A program made the translations under genes and the position numbers. The notes under the pieces were generated by a model. The model worked only from the letters and a program-made list of their open reading frames with translations. It did not search any database and was not told the origin of the DNA. A stretch of DNA of 32,000 nucleotides, from the NCBI RefSeq assembly GCF_001652585.1, contig NZ_LWLG01000006.1, positions 60,001 through 92,000 of the forward strand. The letters run 5' to 3'. The stretch comes from Thermosulfurimonas dismutans. GTDB lineage: Bacteria; Desulfobacterota; Thermodesulfobacteria; Thermodesulfobacteriales; Thermodesulfobacteriaceae. How positions within the stretch are numbered: the stretch's first letter is position 1; the number at the start of each line of letters is the position of its first letter. Of the stretch, positions 1 to 7,139 are shown one piece after another.

Positions 1-1503
1 GAGCTTGAAAAAGAGCTCCAGGATCGGGGGTTGGTCCTACAAAAAGTTCAGGAAGAAAAAGCAGGTCTTCAGAAAACCCTTAAAGAAACGGAAGAAGCCT
101 TAAAAGGCCGAGTTAAGGCTTTAAAGAAACTTGAGGAAGAGAAGGGACGTCTGATTAGAGAGCTCAAAGGCATTGAACAGAGTCTTACGAGGTTGATGCA
201 GGAGGAGGCTTTTCTGGCGCGGGAAGGTTCGGCAGAGACGGCCAGGCAGGAGGCCCTGGCAGAGGAAAAAGAGAAGATTGAAGCGGAAATCCAGGGCTTA
301 ACCGCAGAACTCGAGGAGATCCTCCGGCAGGAAAAGGAACTCCGAGAGAGGAGACAAAGGTTAAAGAATGAAAGCTCTAAAGAGGAAAAGGCCTTTAAGG
401 AGAAGAATCTTCTCATCTCGGAACTCTCCGGAAGACTGAAGGCCCTTTCCAGGAGGAAGAACGAACTTAATGAAGAACTCCGCAGGACACGGGACAAGTT
501 GCGCAACACCTCCCAACAGGTCAGGCTCCTTGAGGAAGAGCTTCAATTTGTACGGGGAATGATTCGTAAGGAAAAGGAGACCCGGCGGGAAAAGGAAACT
601 GTTCGTGAGGGTTTGCTTCGGGAAAAGAAAGAAGTTGAGGCCGCCCTTTCGGAGGCTAGTAAAAGGCTTTCCGAATTAGAGAGAGAGGGTAAGTCCTTGG
701 AAAAAGATCGGGAGCGTCTAAAAGAGCGGTTACATCGCCTTGAGCTTGACCTGGTAGAGGCCGAAATGAGCCTGGAACATCTCTTGAGAGAGGCCCGTGA
801 GAACCATGAGACTGATCTTGAGGCCTTCGTGGCGGAGGAAAAACCGGCGCTCAAAGATACGAGCGGCATAGAGGAAGAAATCATTAAAGTACGGGAGGAA
901 CTTTCACAGTTTCCGCCGGTCAACCTGGCCGCCGGCGAGGAACTCGAAAAGGCCCGCGAAAGGTTTGAATTTCTTTCCTCTCAGAGAGAAGAGCTCTTGG
1001 CAGCCATAAAAGACCTTGAGGCCGCCTGTCGGCGTCTAGATGAAGAGAGCCGCCGAAAAATCCGCGAGGCCTTGGAGCTTGCCAACCAAAAGTTGAGCGA
1101 GGTCTTTCCCCTTCTTTTTGAAGGCGGACGGGCAGAACTCTATTTCACGGATTCAGATGATCCTCTCCAGGCCGGACTTGACCTCAAGGTAAAGCTTCCG
1201 GGAAAACCGGTAAGACACCTCTCCATGCTCTCCGGAGGCGAAAAGGCCCTCTGCGCCCTGGCGGTACTTTTCGCTTTTTATCTAGTCAAACCAGGACCCT
1301 TCTGCATCCTAGACGAGGTAGACGCCCCTCTGGACGAGGCCAACACCTTAAGGTTCAATGAGCTTCTCAAGCGCCTAAAGGAACACTCCCAGGTCATCCT
1401 GGTAACCCACAATCCCCGCGTCATGGAGATCGCAGACGCCCTTTTCGGAGTAACCATGGAGGAAAAAGGGGTGTCTAAAGTAGTAAGCGTTAAGCTTACC
1501 TAA
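1..1503 (+). CDS. smc: Chromosome segregation protein SMC, C-terminal part (5' end outside window)
   Basis: Frame is open from base 1 (no stop before the TTG at 31). Long E/K/R/L-rich coiled coil, then ABC signature LSGGEKALCALAVLFA, Walker B/D-loop FCILDEVDAPLD and THNPRVM. Stop TAA at 1501-1503. Confidence 0.95.
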   Translation, partial: ELEKELQDRGLVLQKVQEEKAGLQKTLKETEEALKGRVKALKKLEEEKGRLIRELKGIEQSLTRLMQEEAFLAREGSAETARQEALAEEKEKIEAEIQGLTAELEEILRQEKELRERRQRLKNESSKEEKAFKEKNLLISELSGRLKALSRRKNELNEELRRTRDKLRNTSQQVRLLEEELQFVRGMIRKEKETRREKETVREGLLREKKEVEAALSEASKRLSELEREGKSLEKDRERLKERLHRLELDLVEAEMSLEHLLREARENHETDLEAFVAEEKPALKDTSGIEEEIIKVREELSQFPPVNLAAGEELEKARERFEFLSSQREELLAAIKDLEAACRRLDEESRRKIREALELANQKLSEVFPLLFEGGRAELYFTDSDDPLQAGLDLKVKLPGKPVRHLSMLSGGEKALCALAVLFAFYLVKPGPFCILDEVDAPLDEANTLRFNELLKRLKEHSQVILVTHNPRVMEIADALFGVTMEEKGVSKVVSVKLT

Positions 1504-1904
1504 ATGCGAATGCTTCCGTAGCGGGACGAACGCCGGGAACGGAAAATCATAAAGAGCAAGATAAGGACAAAGACCCCTATAAGGGCCATTATGGCCTTGG
1601 CCAGAATCTGGACCTGGATCCTAAGTTCCTCTATTTGAGCGCTCATTTGATTAAGCCGAACTTCAAGAACACGATTAGGAGATAGTTTGTCATTGCTTTT
1701 TAGAAGAGAAAGGATTTCCTCGTTTTGTTGACGAAGGATAGAAACCTGGGAGGACAGCTCGTTGATACGGGAAGTATGTTCCAAAGAATTCTTTTGAAGT
1801 TCCTCGAGCCTCTGCAAAATTTTTTTAGAGGAAGGATCTTGGGCAGCCAACGAAGAGACAACCCCTAACTCCAACACCAAAAACAAACCTAATATCAGTT
1901 TCAT
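1500..1904 (-). CDS. Hypothetical bitopic coiled-coil protein (134 aa): N-terminal signal/TM, heptad-rich middle, C-terminal TM anchor
   Basis: The ATG at 1904 (MKLILGLFLVLELGVVSSLAAQD) begins a hydrophobic signal-like segment. The longer ORF-track start at 2033 would run through the upstream terminator hairpin. Leu-heptad region LQRLEELQKNSLEH...ILRQQNEEILSLL. C-terminal hydrophobic stretch AIMALIGVFVLILLFMIF followed by RSRRSS. No family recognised. Confidence 0.6.
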   Translation of the reverse strand: MKLILGLFLVLELGVVSSLAAQDPSSKKILQRLEELQKNSLEHTSRINELSSQVSILRQQNEEILSLLKSNDKLSPNRVLEVRLNQMSAQIEELRIQVQILAKAIMALIGVFVLILLFMIFRSRRSSRYGSIRI

Positions 1905-1974
1905 AACGGCTTCCCATCCCCGGCCCATATATCTGTTTTTATCAGATTTTCTCAACCATAGCAACAAATCTTTA

Positions 1975-2008
1975 AAAAACAAAAAAAGGGCGGGCTGGTC
2001 GCCCGCCC
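1975..2008 (-). terminator. Rho-independent terminator downstream of the barrel gene
   Basis: On the minus strand: GGGCGGGC-GACCA-GCCCGCCC (perfect 8-bp GC stem, 1988-1995 with 2001-2008), followed by TTTTTTTGTTTTTTAAA. It begins 36 nt after the stop at 2044. Confidence 0.85.
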
Positions 2009-2043
2009 CTGCGGGAGAAGGTGTGGGGTTCAAGCGCTGCGCG

Positions 2044-2463
2044 CTAGAAGCTCCAGGTTATGAACCCGGTAAGGGTATAGGCGTCGCCATCGAGGTCGCC
2101 GTACACATAGGGCTCGTCGTCGTCGAAGTCGGAGTACCAGTAATTAAGGGTAAACGATAGGTTATCCCTGATCTGGTAGGTTCCGGTGACCTCCAGCTCG
2201 AGCATGGAATAGTCGAGGTCGGAGTACTCGTCGGCGTTGTTCATAAGAATAGGATTGTAGGCCCCGTCAAAAGTGCCTCCACCATTGGTCACTGTCACCG
2301 AAGGCATACTGGGACTTTCCATCTCGGCCTCAGCTAGAGTGTAGCTAAGAGTGGCCGAAAGATCCAACTTCTCCATGGGTACGAAGAAAACATTGAGGTA
2401 AAAGACATGGGCCACATTTTCCCAATCGAGCTCATCGTTGGCGGACCGAACCTGGTCCGACAT
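2044..2463 (-). CDS. C-terminal segment of the outer-membrane beta-barrel (same reading frame as 2476-4428, separated by one in-frame TGA)
   Basis: Ends in TGFITWSF-stop, the aromatic-terminal beta-signal typical of outer-membrane barrels. Alternating hydrophobic/aromatic pattern (FTLNYWYSDFDDDEPYVYGD). No signal peptide of its own. 2463 and 4473 are both 0 mod 3, so it is in frame with the upstream ORF. Confidence 0.6.
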   Translation of the reverse strand: MSDQVRSANDELDWENVAHVFYLNVFFVPMEKLDLSATLSYTLAEAEMESPSMPSVTVTNGGGTFDGAYNPILMNNADEYSDLDYSMLELEVTGTYQIRDNLSFTLNYWYSDFDDDEPYVYGDLDGDAYTLTGFITWSF

Positions 2464-2478
2464 GACGTGGCCCCCTCA
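2409..2478 (-). promoter_or_regulatory. In-frame UGA plus immediately downstream nested RNA structure (candidate recoding signal; SECIS-like)
   Basis: UGA is at 2478-2476. An outer 7-bp helix pairs GGGCCAC (2473-2467) with GUGGCCC (2415-2409). An inner hairpin CGGACC-AGGUUC-GGUCCG spans 2459-2442; its apical loop contains GGU and begins 22 nt after the UGA. Confidence 0.3.
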
Positions 2479-4428
2479 CCCGTGGTACACGGCTGCACAG
2501 AGCATACTCGTGTACTCATCCCAGAAGAAGTTGTACCCCACGTTAACACCGAACTTTTCCATGGGGGTATAGGTCACGTTCACGCCACCCATAAAGGTAT
2601 TCTGCTCCCAATTGTAGCCGTCGGTATCGTCTTCGTTTTCTGCATAGCGGTATTTGAGATAGAAATTGGTGTTCAAATTGGCACTCAAGATGTAGTCCAC
2701 CTTAACCCCGAGATCGTGGGCCATCTCAGGCTGATTAGTGGTATCCGCATGCCGACGGCCATACACAGTGTAACTGTACCAGGAATAGTTCCAGGGATTA
2801 TCCGGGTTCGAGTTCACTGGCGTATAATCCGTTCCCCCTACACTAGTGCCTATAGCCTCCTCCGGGCAAGCCGCGTGCTTGAAGGCGTAAGGATCATCTA
2901 CGTAGAGGAAGTTATAGTCCGCCTTCACCTTTAGACCAGCCATAGGCTTCCAGGTGGCGCCCAATTTGAAGAGGTGTTCTGTAGTCTCATCGGTCACATG
3001 ATGTTCTTCGGCGTTCTTACGATCAATGTATTCCAACTCATAACCAAATCTGAAGGCCAACTCCCGGGAATAACGCCAGGAAAGATCTGCGGAGAAGATA
3101 TACTCGTCCTCGTCGTAGGCGGACTTACGATTAAAACTGAAATCCTTGCCATCAATGGTGGGATCAGCGGGGTTGTAGTAAGGGTCGAGCTGAATGTAAA
3201 CATCATCACCGTCCATGGTGTGATACTTGGCCTTGACCGTGAGGCTCATATCCTTGCGAAGACGCCAATGCCAGTTGCCGGAGAAAGCCAGGTAATCCAC
3301 CTCAAGCTCTTCACCGGCATCTCCGTAGAGAAGACCGGAGCCACCCTCAGCTTCATCAGAGGACTCATTGGTGGCCTCGGAGTAAACGAAACCAAGGTTA
3401 AGTATCTGGGAGGAAGAGATATCCCACTTGGCCTTCAGAGTGTGCTGCCACTTCTCGGATTCGGGCGTGCGCGCAAAGGGAAGCTCGCCGTCGCTGTAGT
3501 CGTAGTTCAAGCCCCCCTCTCCCGGAAACTCTCCCGGGGCCAAACCAAAATCAGGCTTGAGGGCCGCCGCAGGATCGGTGGTAGGGGCAGGCCCCTGGGC
3601 ATTGAGATAGAGGTGGCGGGGAACGTCGCTGGAGGTGTTAAAGCTGCGATACATGAGGCTGTAACGCACCGTCCACCGGCCAAGACGGGCTTCAATGTAC
3701 GGAATGTAATCATTGGTGTATTCCTCGATGTACTTGGAGTAAGCCGCTACGTGACAGCTAGAGCACTTGGAGACCGTACGGGCCTGATCCCAACCCTTGC
3801 GCTCCTCCATACGGTGAGTGAAGCCCAGCACCACACCGGGAACGGTAGGCAGACGCAAAATGGCGTCGTTTTTCCAGAGCGAGCGAGTTACCCCGTAATG
3901 GTGGACCTTCTCGTAGCTATCATGCCAAACCGCCGCCGAAGCTCCTTCCCAGACCCCATCATTATCAATATCTTTGACGTCTGGCATAGAAGACGGAGGA
4001 GTAAAGGTACTCGTATATTTTTCGGGATACCAAGTGCCACCCCGATATTCAGTAGCCGTGGCCTGGAGGTTCTCCATTAGGTCTCGGTCGAGCCTGTGAT
4101 AGAACCTATAGTAGTTGCTCTTGAAAGAGAAAAGACGCCGAAAATCGAGGCTTCCGGAATACTCCTGATCGTTGACTTCAATGTAACGACCCTCAAGATT
4201 CAGGAGAAAATCTTTCTCGGCCAGACTGAACTTACCTCCTATATACCAGGAAGAGTCCATGTCCACTTGGCTTTTGTACTCTGCAGCCCGGTTGGGTACA
4301 TCTCCGTAATCGTTTACCGAGGCCCCAAGGTTTACCTCTAGCTCGTAAGACTTCTCATCCTCGGCCCAGGCCTGGCTACATGTCAACACCAGACCTAGAG
4401 CCATCAACAATAAAATCAACCTCCTCAT
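2476..4428 (-). CDS. Outer-membrane beta-barrel protein, N-terminal 650 codons (porin partner of the decaheme cytochrome; MtrB/PioB-like by context), ending at an in-frame TGA
   Basis: AGGAGGAGG sits 7 nt before the ATG at 4428. Signal peptide MRRLILLLMALGLVLTCSQAWA-ED. Rich in Y/W/G/D/N with alternating beta-strand patterns. Lies 54 nt downstream of the cytochrome gene with no intervening terminator. The product ends ...CAAVYHG, without a barrel C-terminal signature, whereas the in-frame continuation supplies one. Confidence 0.75.
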   Translation of the reverse strand: MRRLILLLMALGLVLTCSQAWAEDEKSYELEVNLGASVNDYGDVPNRAAEYKSQVDMDSSWYIGGKFSLAEKDFLLNLEGRYIEVNDQEYSGSLDFRRLFSFKSNYYRFYHRLDRDLMENLQATATEYRGGTWYPEKYTSTFTPPSSMPDVKDIDNDGVWEGASAAVWHDSYEKVHHYGVTRSLWKNDAILRLPTVPGVVLGFTHRMEERKGWDQARTVSKCSSCHVAAYSKYIEEYTNDYIPYIEARLGRWTVRYSLMYRSFNTSSDVPRHLYLNAQGPAPTTDPAAALKPDFGLAPGEFPGEGGLNYDYSDGELPFARTPESEKWQHTLKAKWDISSSQILNLGFVYSEATNESSDEAEGGSGLLYGDAGEELEVDYLAFSGNWHWRLRKDMSLTVKAKYHTMDGDDVYIQLDPYYNPADPTIDGKDFSFNRKSAYDEDEYIFSADLSWRYSRELAFRFGYELEYIDRKNAEEHHVTDETTEHLFKLGATWKPMAGLKVKADYNFLYVDDPYAFKHAACPEEAIGTSVGGTDYTPVNSNPDNPWNYSWYSYTVYGRRHADTTNQPEMAHDLGVKVDYILSANLNTNFYLKYRYAENEDDTDGYNWEQNTFMGGVNVTYTPMEKFGVNVGYNFFWDEYTSMLCAAVYHG

Positions 4429-4482
4429 CCTAGCACCTCCTCCTATTTTTAAACTTTGGTTATTTCCCTGCATTTCAAACCC

Positions 4483-5541
4483 CTATCGGGTAAGCTTCTT
4501 ACCCTGACCAGGAATGGTCTGAGACGGAAAGTCCGAACCGTGCACAGAAGGATGGCACTGCGTACACTTGGTAAGAAAGCTCTTCTGCCACCCCTCAGCT
4601 GTAGAGTGAATGTTAGGCGCCGAAGGATAACGCCAATCCTGGCCCACCGGATAACCTGCAGGATTAAAAGGATGGACCGTATCCTTATCGTTATACCTAG
4701 TGGCATGGAAGTGGACCTCATGACACTGCATGCACAGGAAGGGCTCGTTCTGCTTCAGCAGGTTGTTGGCCACCGCACCGTGGGGATCGTGGCAGATGGT
4801 GCAGTCCTCCACCACGGGCTCGTGTTCGAACACAAAAGGCCCCTGGTAGCGGGTATGACAGGTAAGACAAAGATCGTTCAACCGTTCCTCCGTTCTAAGC
4901 ATGCCCGGGATGGGGTTACCCGTGCCATGAGGATTGTGACAGTCGGAACAGCCTAGGTGACCCTCCTTAACCGGGTGGTGAGAGGGGAAGAAGAGTTTGG
5001 ACTGCACATCCCGGTGACAGGAAGCGCAGAGTTCAAGCTCGGCTTTGGCCAGCAGAGCCTCCCGCTTGTTCCCGTGCACTTTATGACAGTCGGAACAGGC
5101 CACATCGTTTTCAAAGTGGGCAGAGAAGGCAAAGTGCATGGTCTCGCCGCCGGCGTGACAGGTCATGCAGACGGCACTGGCCTCCTCGCCTTCGAAGCCT
5201 TCCTCCCCGAAACGAATGATGGCTGAAAGTCCCTTTTCCGTATCGTCCTCCTGCATGGCCTCCACGTGCTTGGACCCCGGCCCATGACAGCCCTCACAAC
5301 CCTTGGCGTAGCCAGGAGCCTCATAATCCGCCAGTCTCAGGTGAACATTGGTCTTGGCATCCGCCGCGTAATCCTCGTGACATTCTAGACAGGTTTCCGC
5401 ACCCACATACTCTGCTCCCGGAGCCACTACCGGAGGTTTGAGGACCTGGGCCCGCTTCTCAGCTGCTTCCTTGGTACACGCTCCCAAAAAGAGAAGAAAT
5501 ACACCTAACAAGCCCGCCATCCATAGCTTTACCCTATCCAT
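4483..5541 (-). CDS. Decaheme c-type cytochrome, lipoprotein-type signal (MtrA/DmsE-like)
   Basis: Ten CXXCH motifs: CLECH, CEGCH, CMTCH, CSDCH, CASCH, CSDCH, CLTCH, CTICH, CMQCH, CTQCH. GPFVFEHEPV and a C-terminal CHPSVHGS resemble the MtrA/DmsE family. Start chosen at the ATG at 5541, which has GGAGGAGG upstream. Signal peptide ends in lipobox LGAC. Confidence 0.9.
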   Translation of the reverse strand: MDRVKLWMAGLLGVFLLFLGACTKEAAEKRAQVLKPPVVAPGAEYVGAETCLECHEDYAADAKTNVHLRLADYEAPGYAKGCEGCHGPGSKHVEAMQEDDTEKGLSAIIRFGEEGFEGEEASAVCMTCHAGGETMHFAFSAHFENDVACSDCHKVHGNKREALLAKAELELCASCHRDVQSKLFFPSHHPVKEGHLGCSDCHNPHGTGNPIPGMLRTEERLNDLCLTCHTRYQGPFVFEHEPVVEDCTICHDPHGAVANNLLKQNEPFLCMQCHEVHFHATRYNDKDTVHPFNPAGYPVGQDWRYPSAPNIHSTAEGWQKSFLTKCTQCHPSVHGSDFPSQTIPGQGKKLTR

Positions 5542-5572
5542 ACCAACCTCCTCCATAGATAATATCGCTAGA

Positions 5573-5601
5573 ATTTTGGCTAACACCAAGGCAAAGGTCA
5601 A
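5573..5601 (-). promoter_or_regulatory. Candidate sigma-70 promoter of the cytochrome/porin operon
   Basis: Minus strand: TTGACC (5601-5596), 17-nt spacer, CAAAAT (5578-5573). The predicted start gives a roughly 25-nt leader containing the GGAGGAGG SD. Confidence 0.35.
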
Positions 5602-6029
5602 ATCGTATTAACTGTAATTATCTCGTTTTTAACCTTTTTTTTACATTCTAATAGAAGCTTTCGCGCCGAGTCTCACCGGAGATTAAAATTTCCGATATTT
5701 ATAGCAAAAAATTTTTTCCGCCAGCTTTCCGCTAAAGCAGAGATCTGGATACCTAAACCCGTTGGCGTGTTTGAGATTGAAATTGATCCGAATAGCTGAT
5801 TTTAGCCAGTAGGTAAAAGGAAAATCGAAAAAACTAAAGCGCTGCAGGGAGTTTCAGGGGCGCAAGCTCCTCTGACGAAACGATTAAGTGGAAATCAGTC
5901 TTTAAGGGAGGGTTGCCATTTTTAAAAATCGCGTAAGGATGTAAATTTAAATTGAAAAGAAGCCATATGTTGGTGAGAAGCTATTCGATATAGACGATAA
6001 AAATAATAATGGAAGGAGGTTTTTAGAGA

Positions 6030-7139
6030 ATGATTGTCATCCTTAAACCGGAGGTTACCCCAGAAAGTCCGGAATTCCGAAAAATTTACGACTATTTTGC
6101 CCGTTTTGAAGGTATAAAGCTTCGTGTGGCCCAGTATGAAGGTGTAAGCCGGAAAGTAATCGAGATCCATCTCATAGGAGATACGCAAAAGGTGCCTTTA
6201 GAAGAAGTTCAGGCTTTACCGGGAGTAGAAAAGGCCATCCGGGTTTCGGCCAAGTATCGCCAGATCGGTCGACATGGAAGTCTTGAACCTTTTGGTTTTG
6301 AATATCAGGGACTGAAGTTCGATCAGGATTCTTTCCATGTTTTTGCCGGGCTCTGCGCGGTTGATTCCAAAGAAAATGCCGAGACCATCTTCAAAGCCCT
6401 TTCCGAAAACGGTGTAGTCACCGCCCGTATGGGGGCCTACAAACCCCGCACCTCCCCGTACGATTTTCAGGGATTTGGCAAAGAATGTCTCCCTTGGCTC
6501 TTTGAACTCGCTGGAAAATACGGCATAAAGGTCATCGCCATGGAGGTACTCTCCCCTCATCACATAGACGAAATCCGGGAAGCCTTGGAGAAAACTGGAC
6601 ATCCCACCGGAGTGATGCTACAGATCGGAACCCGCAACGCCCAGAATTTTGAACTCCTGCGGGCGGTTGGAAGCCAAACCGAGTTTCCGGTACTCTATAA
6701 GCGGGGCATGGGGCTTTCCATTGAAGAATCCCTCAATGCCTGCGAATACATTGCCAGTGAAGGCAACCACAAAATTATCTTCTGTCTGCGAGGCGTAAGG
6801 ACCCACTTGGGAGATCCCCACCGTAATCTAGTGGATTTCGGACATGTACCAGTGATTAAGCGTCAGACCAGGCTTCCGGTCTGCGTGGATCCATCGCATC
6901 CTATCGGTTCACGAGTAGCGGCTCCAGATGGTATTAAAGACATCTATCACGTGGCTGCCCAAGGTGTGATCGCAGGGGCCAACATGGTTTTGGTTGAGTT
7001 TCATCCCAAGCCAGAAGAAGCTCTCTGTGACGGTCCTCAGGCCCTTCAACTTGAAGAGCTCCCCTGGTTCTTAGAACACGTAAATCTAGCCCGCGAGGCT
7101 TATCTGAAGATGCGGGAGCTGGTGAGTAAATATAGCTAA
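6030..7139 (+). CDS. aroF: 3-deoxy-7-phosphoheptulonate (DAHP) synthase, type I-beta with an N-terminal regulatory-type extension of about 70 aa
   Basis: GGAAGGAGG SD. Core motifs FAGLCAVDS, GAYKPRTSPYDFQG, LQIGTRNAQNF and CVDPSH. The extra N-terminal domain (MIVILKPEV...AIRVS) resembles those of Thermotoga-type enzymes. Confidence 0.9.
   Translation: MIVILKPEVTPESPEFRKIYDYFARFEGIKLRVAQYEGVSRKVIEIHLIGDTQKVPLEEVQALPGVEKAIRVSAKYRQIGRHGSLEPFGFEYQGLKFDQDSFHVFAGLCAVDSKENAETIFKALSENGVVTARMGAYKPRTSPYDFQGFGKECLPWLFELAGKYGIKVIAMEVLSPHHIDEIREALEKTGHPTGVMLQIGTRNAQNFELLRAVGSQTEFPVLYKRGMGLSIEESLNACEYIASEGNHKIIFCLRGVRTHLGDPHRNLVDFGHVPVIKRQTRLPVCVDPSHPIGSRVAAPDGIKDIYHVAAQGVIAGANMVLVEFHPKPEEALCDGPQALQLEELPWFLEHVNLAREAYLKMRELVSKYS

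Noticed and set aside
69-923. Minus-strand ORFs (146, 61 and 126 aa) inside smc
   Set aside because: Ser/Phe/Leu/Arg-rich translations of the antisense of GAA/GAG/AAG-rich coiled-coil codons. This is an artefact of low-complexity sequence.
2476-2478. Possibility that TGA is reassigned genome-wide to a sense codon (Trp/Gly)
   Set aside because: TGA terminates the tolC-like gene (24844-24846, with ATGA coupling to the next gene) and ffh (13719-13721) at positions consistent with full-length family members. It is therefore a normal stop in this genome.
2407-4080. Long plus-strand ORFs (175 aa at 2407-2934, 368 aa at 2974-4080) opposite the barrel gene
   Set aside because: Both are in the codon-aligned antisense frame of the barrel gene (all codon starts are 1 mod 3). 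That frame stays open simply because the sense gene rarely uses TTA, CTA or TCA. The products are low-complexity, with no SD and no recognisable motifs.
5602-5624. Fur-box-like AT-rich sequence (minus strand GATAATTACAGTTAATAC) adjoining the cytochrome -35 box
   Set aside because: Only about 12 of 18 matches to the GATAATGATAATCATTATC consensus as I recall it, in a generally AT-rich region. It lacks clear dyad symmetry and cannot be separated from background composition.
5706-5730. Sigma-54-like TGGCGG...TTGCT on the minus strand upstream of the cytochrome gene
   Set aside because: The GG-to-GC spacing is 13-16 nt instead of the required roughly 10-11 nt, so it does not fit the -24/-12 geometry.
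5841-5880. GGGGCGCAAGCTCC resembling the GGGACGCAAAGCCUCC core of c-di-GMP/cGAMP (GEMM-I) riboswitches, which precede multiheme cytochrome genes in Geobacter
   Set aside because: The motif is on the plus strand, oriented toward aroF rather than the cytochrome. The companion GGCAAACC hairpin and tetraloop-receptor elements are absent. The similarity is limited to one short GC-rich string.
5922-6188. 88-aa minus-strand ORF spanning the aroF start
   Set aside because: It overlaps the well-supported aroF start and SD, lies in AT-rich promoter DNA, and has no RBS or recognisable features.
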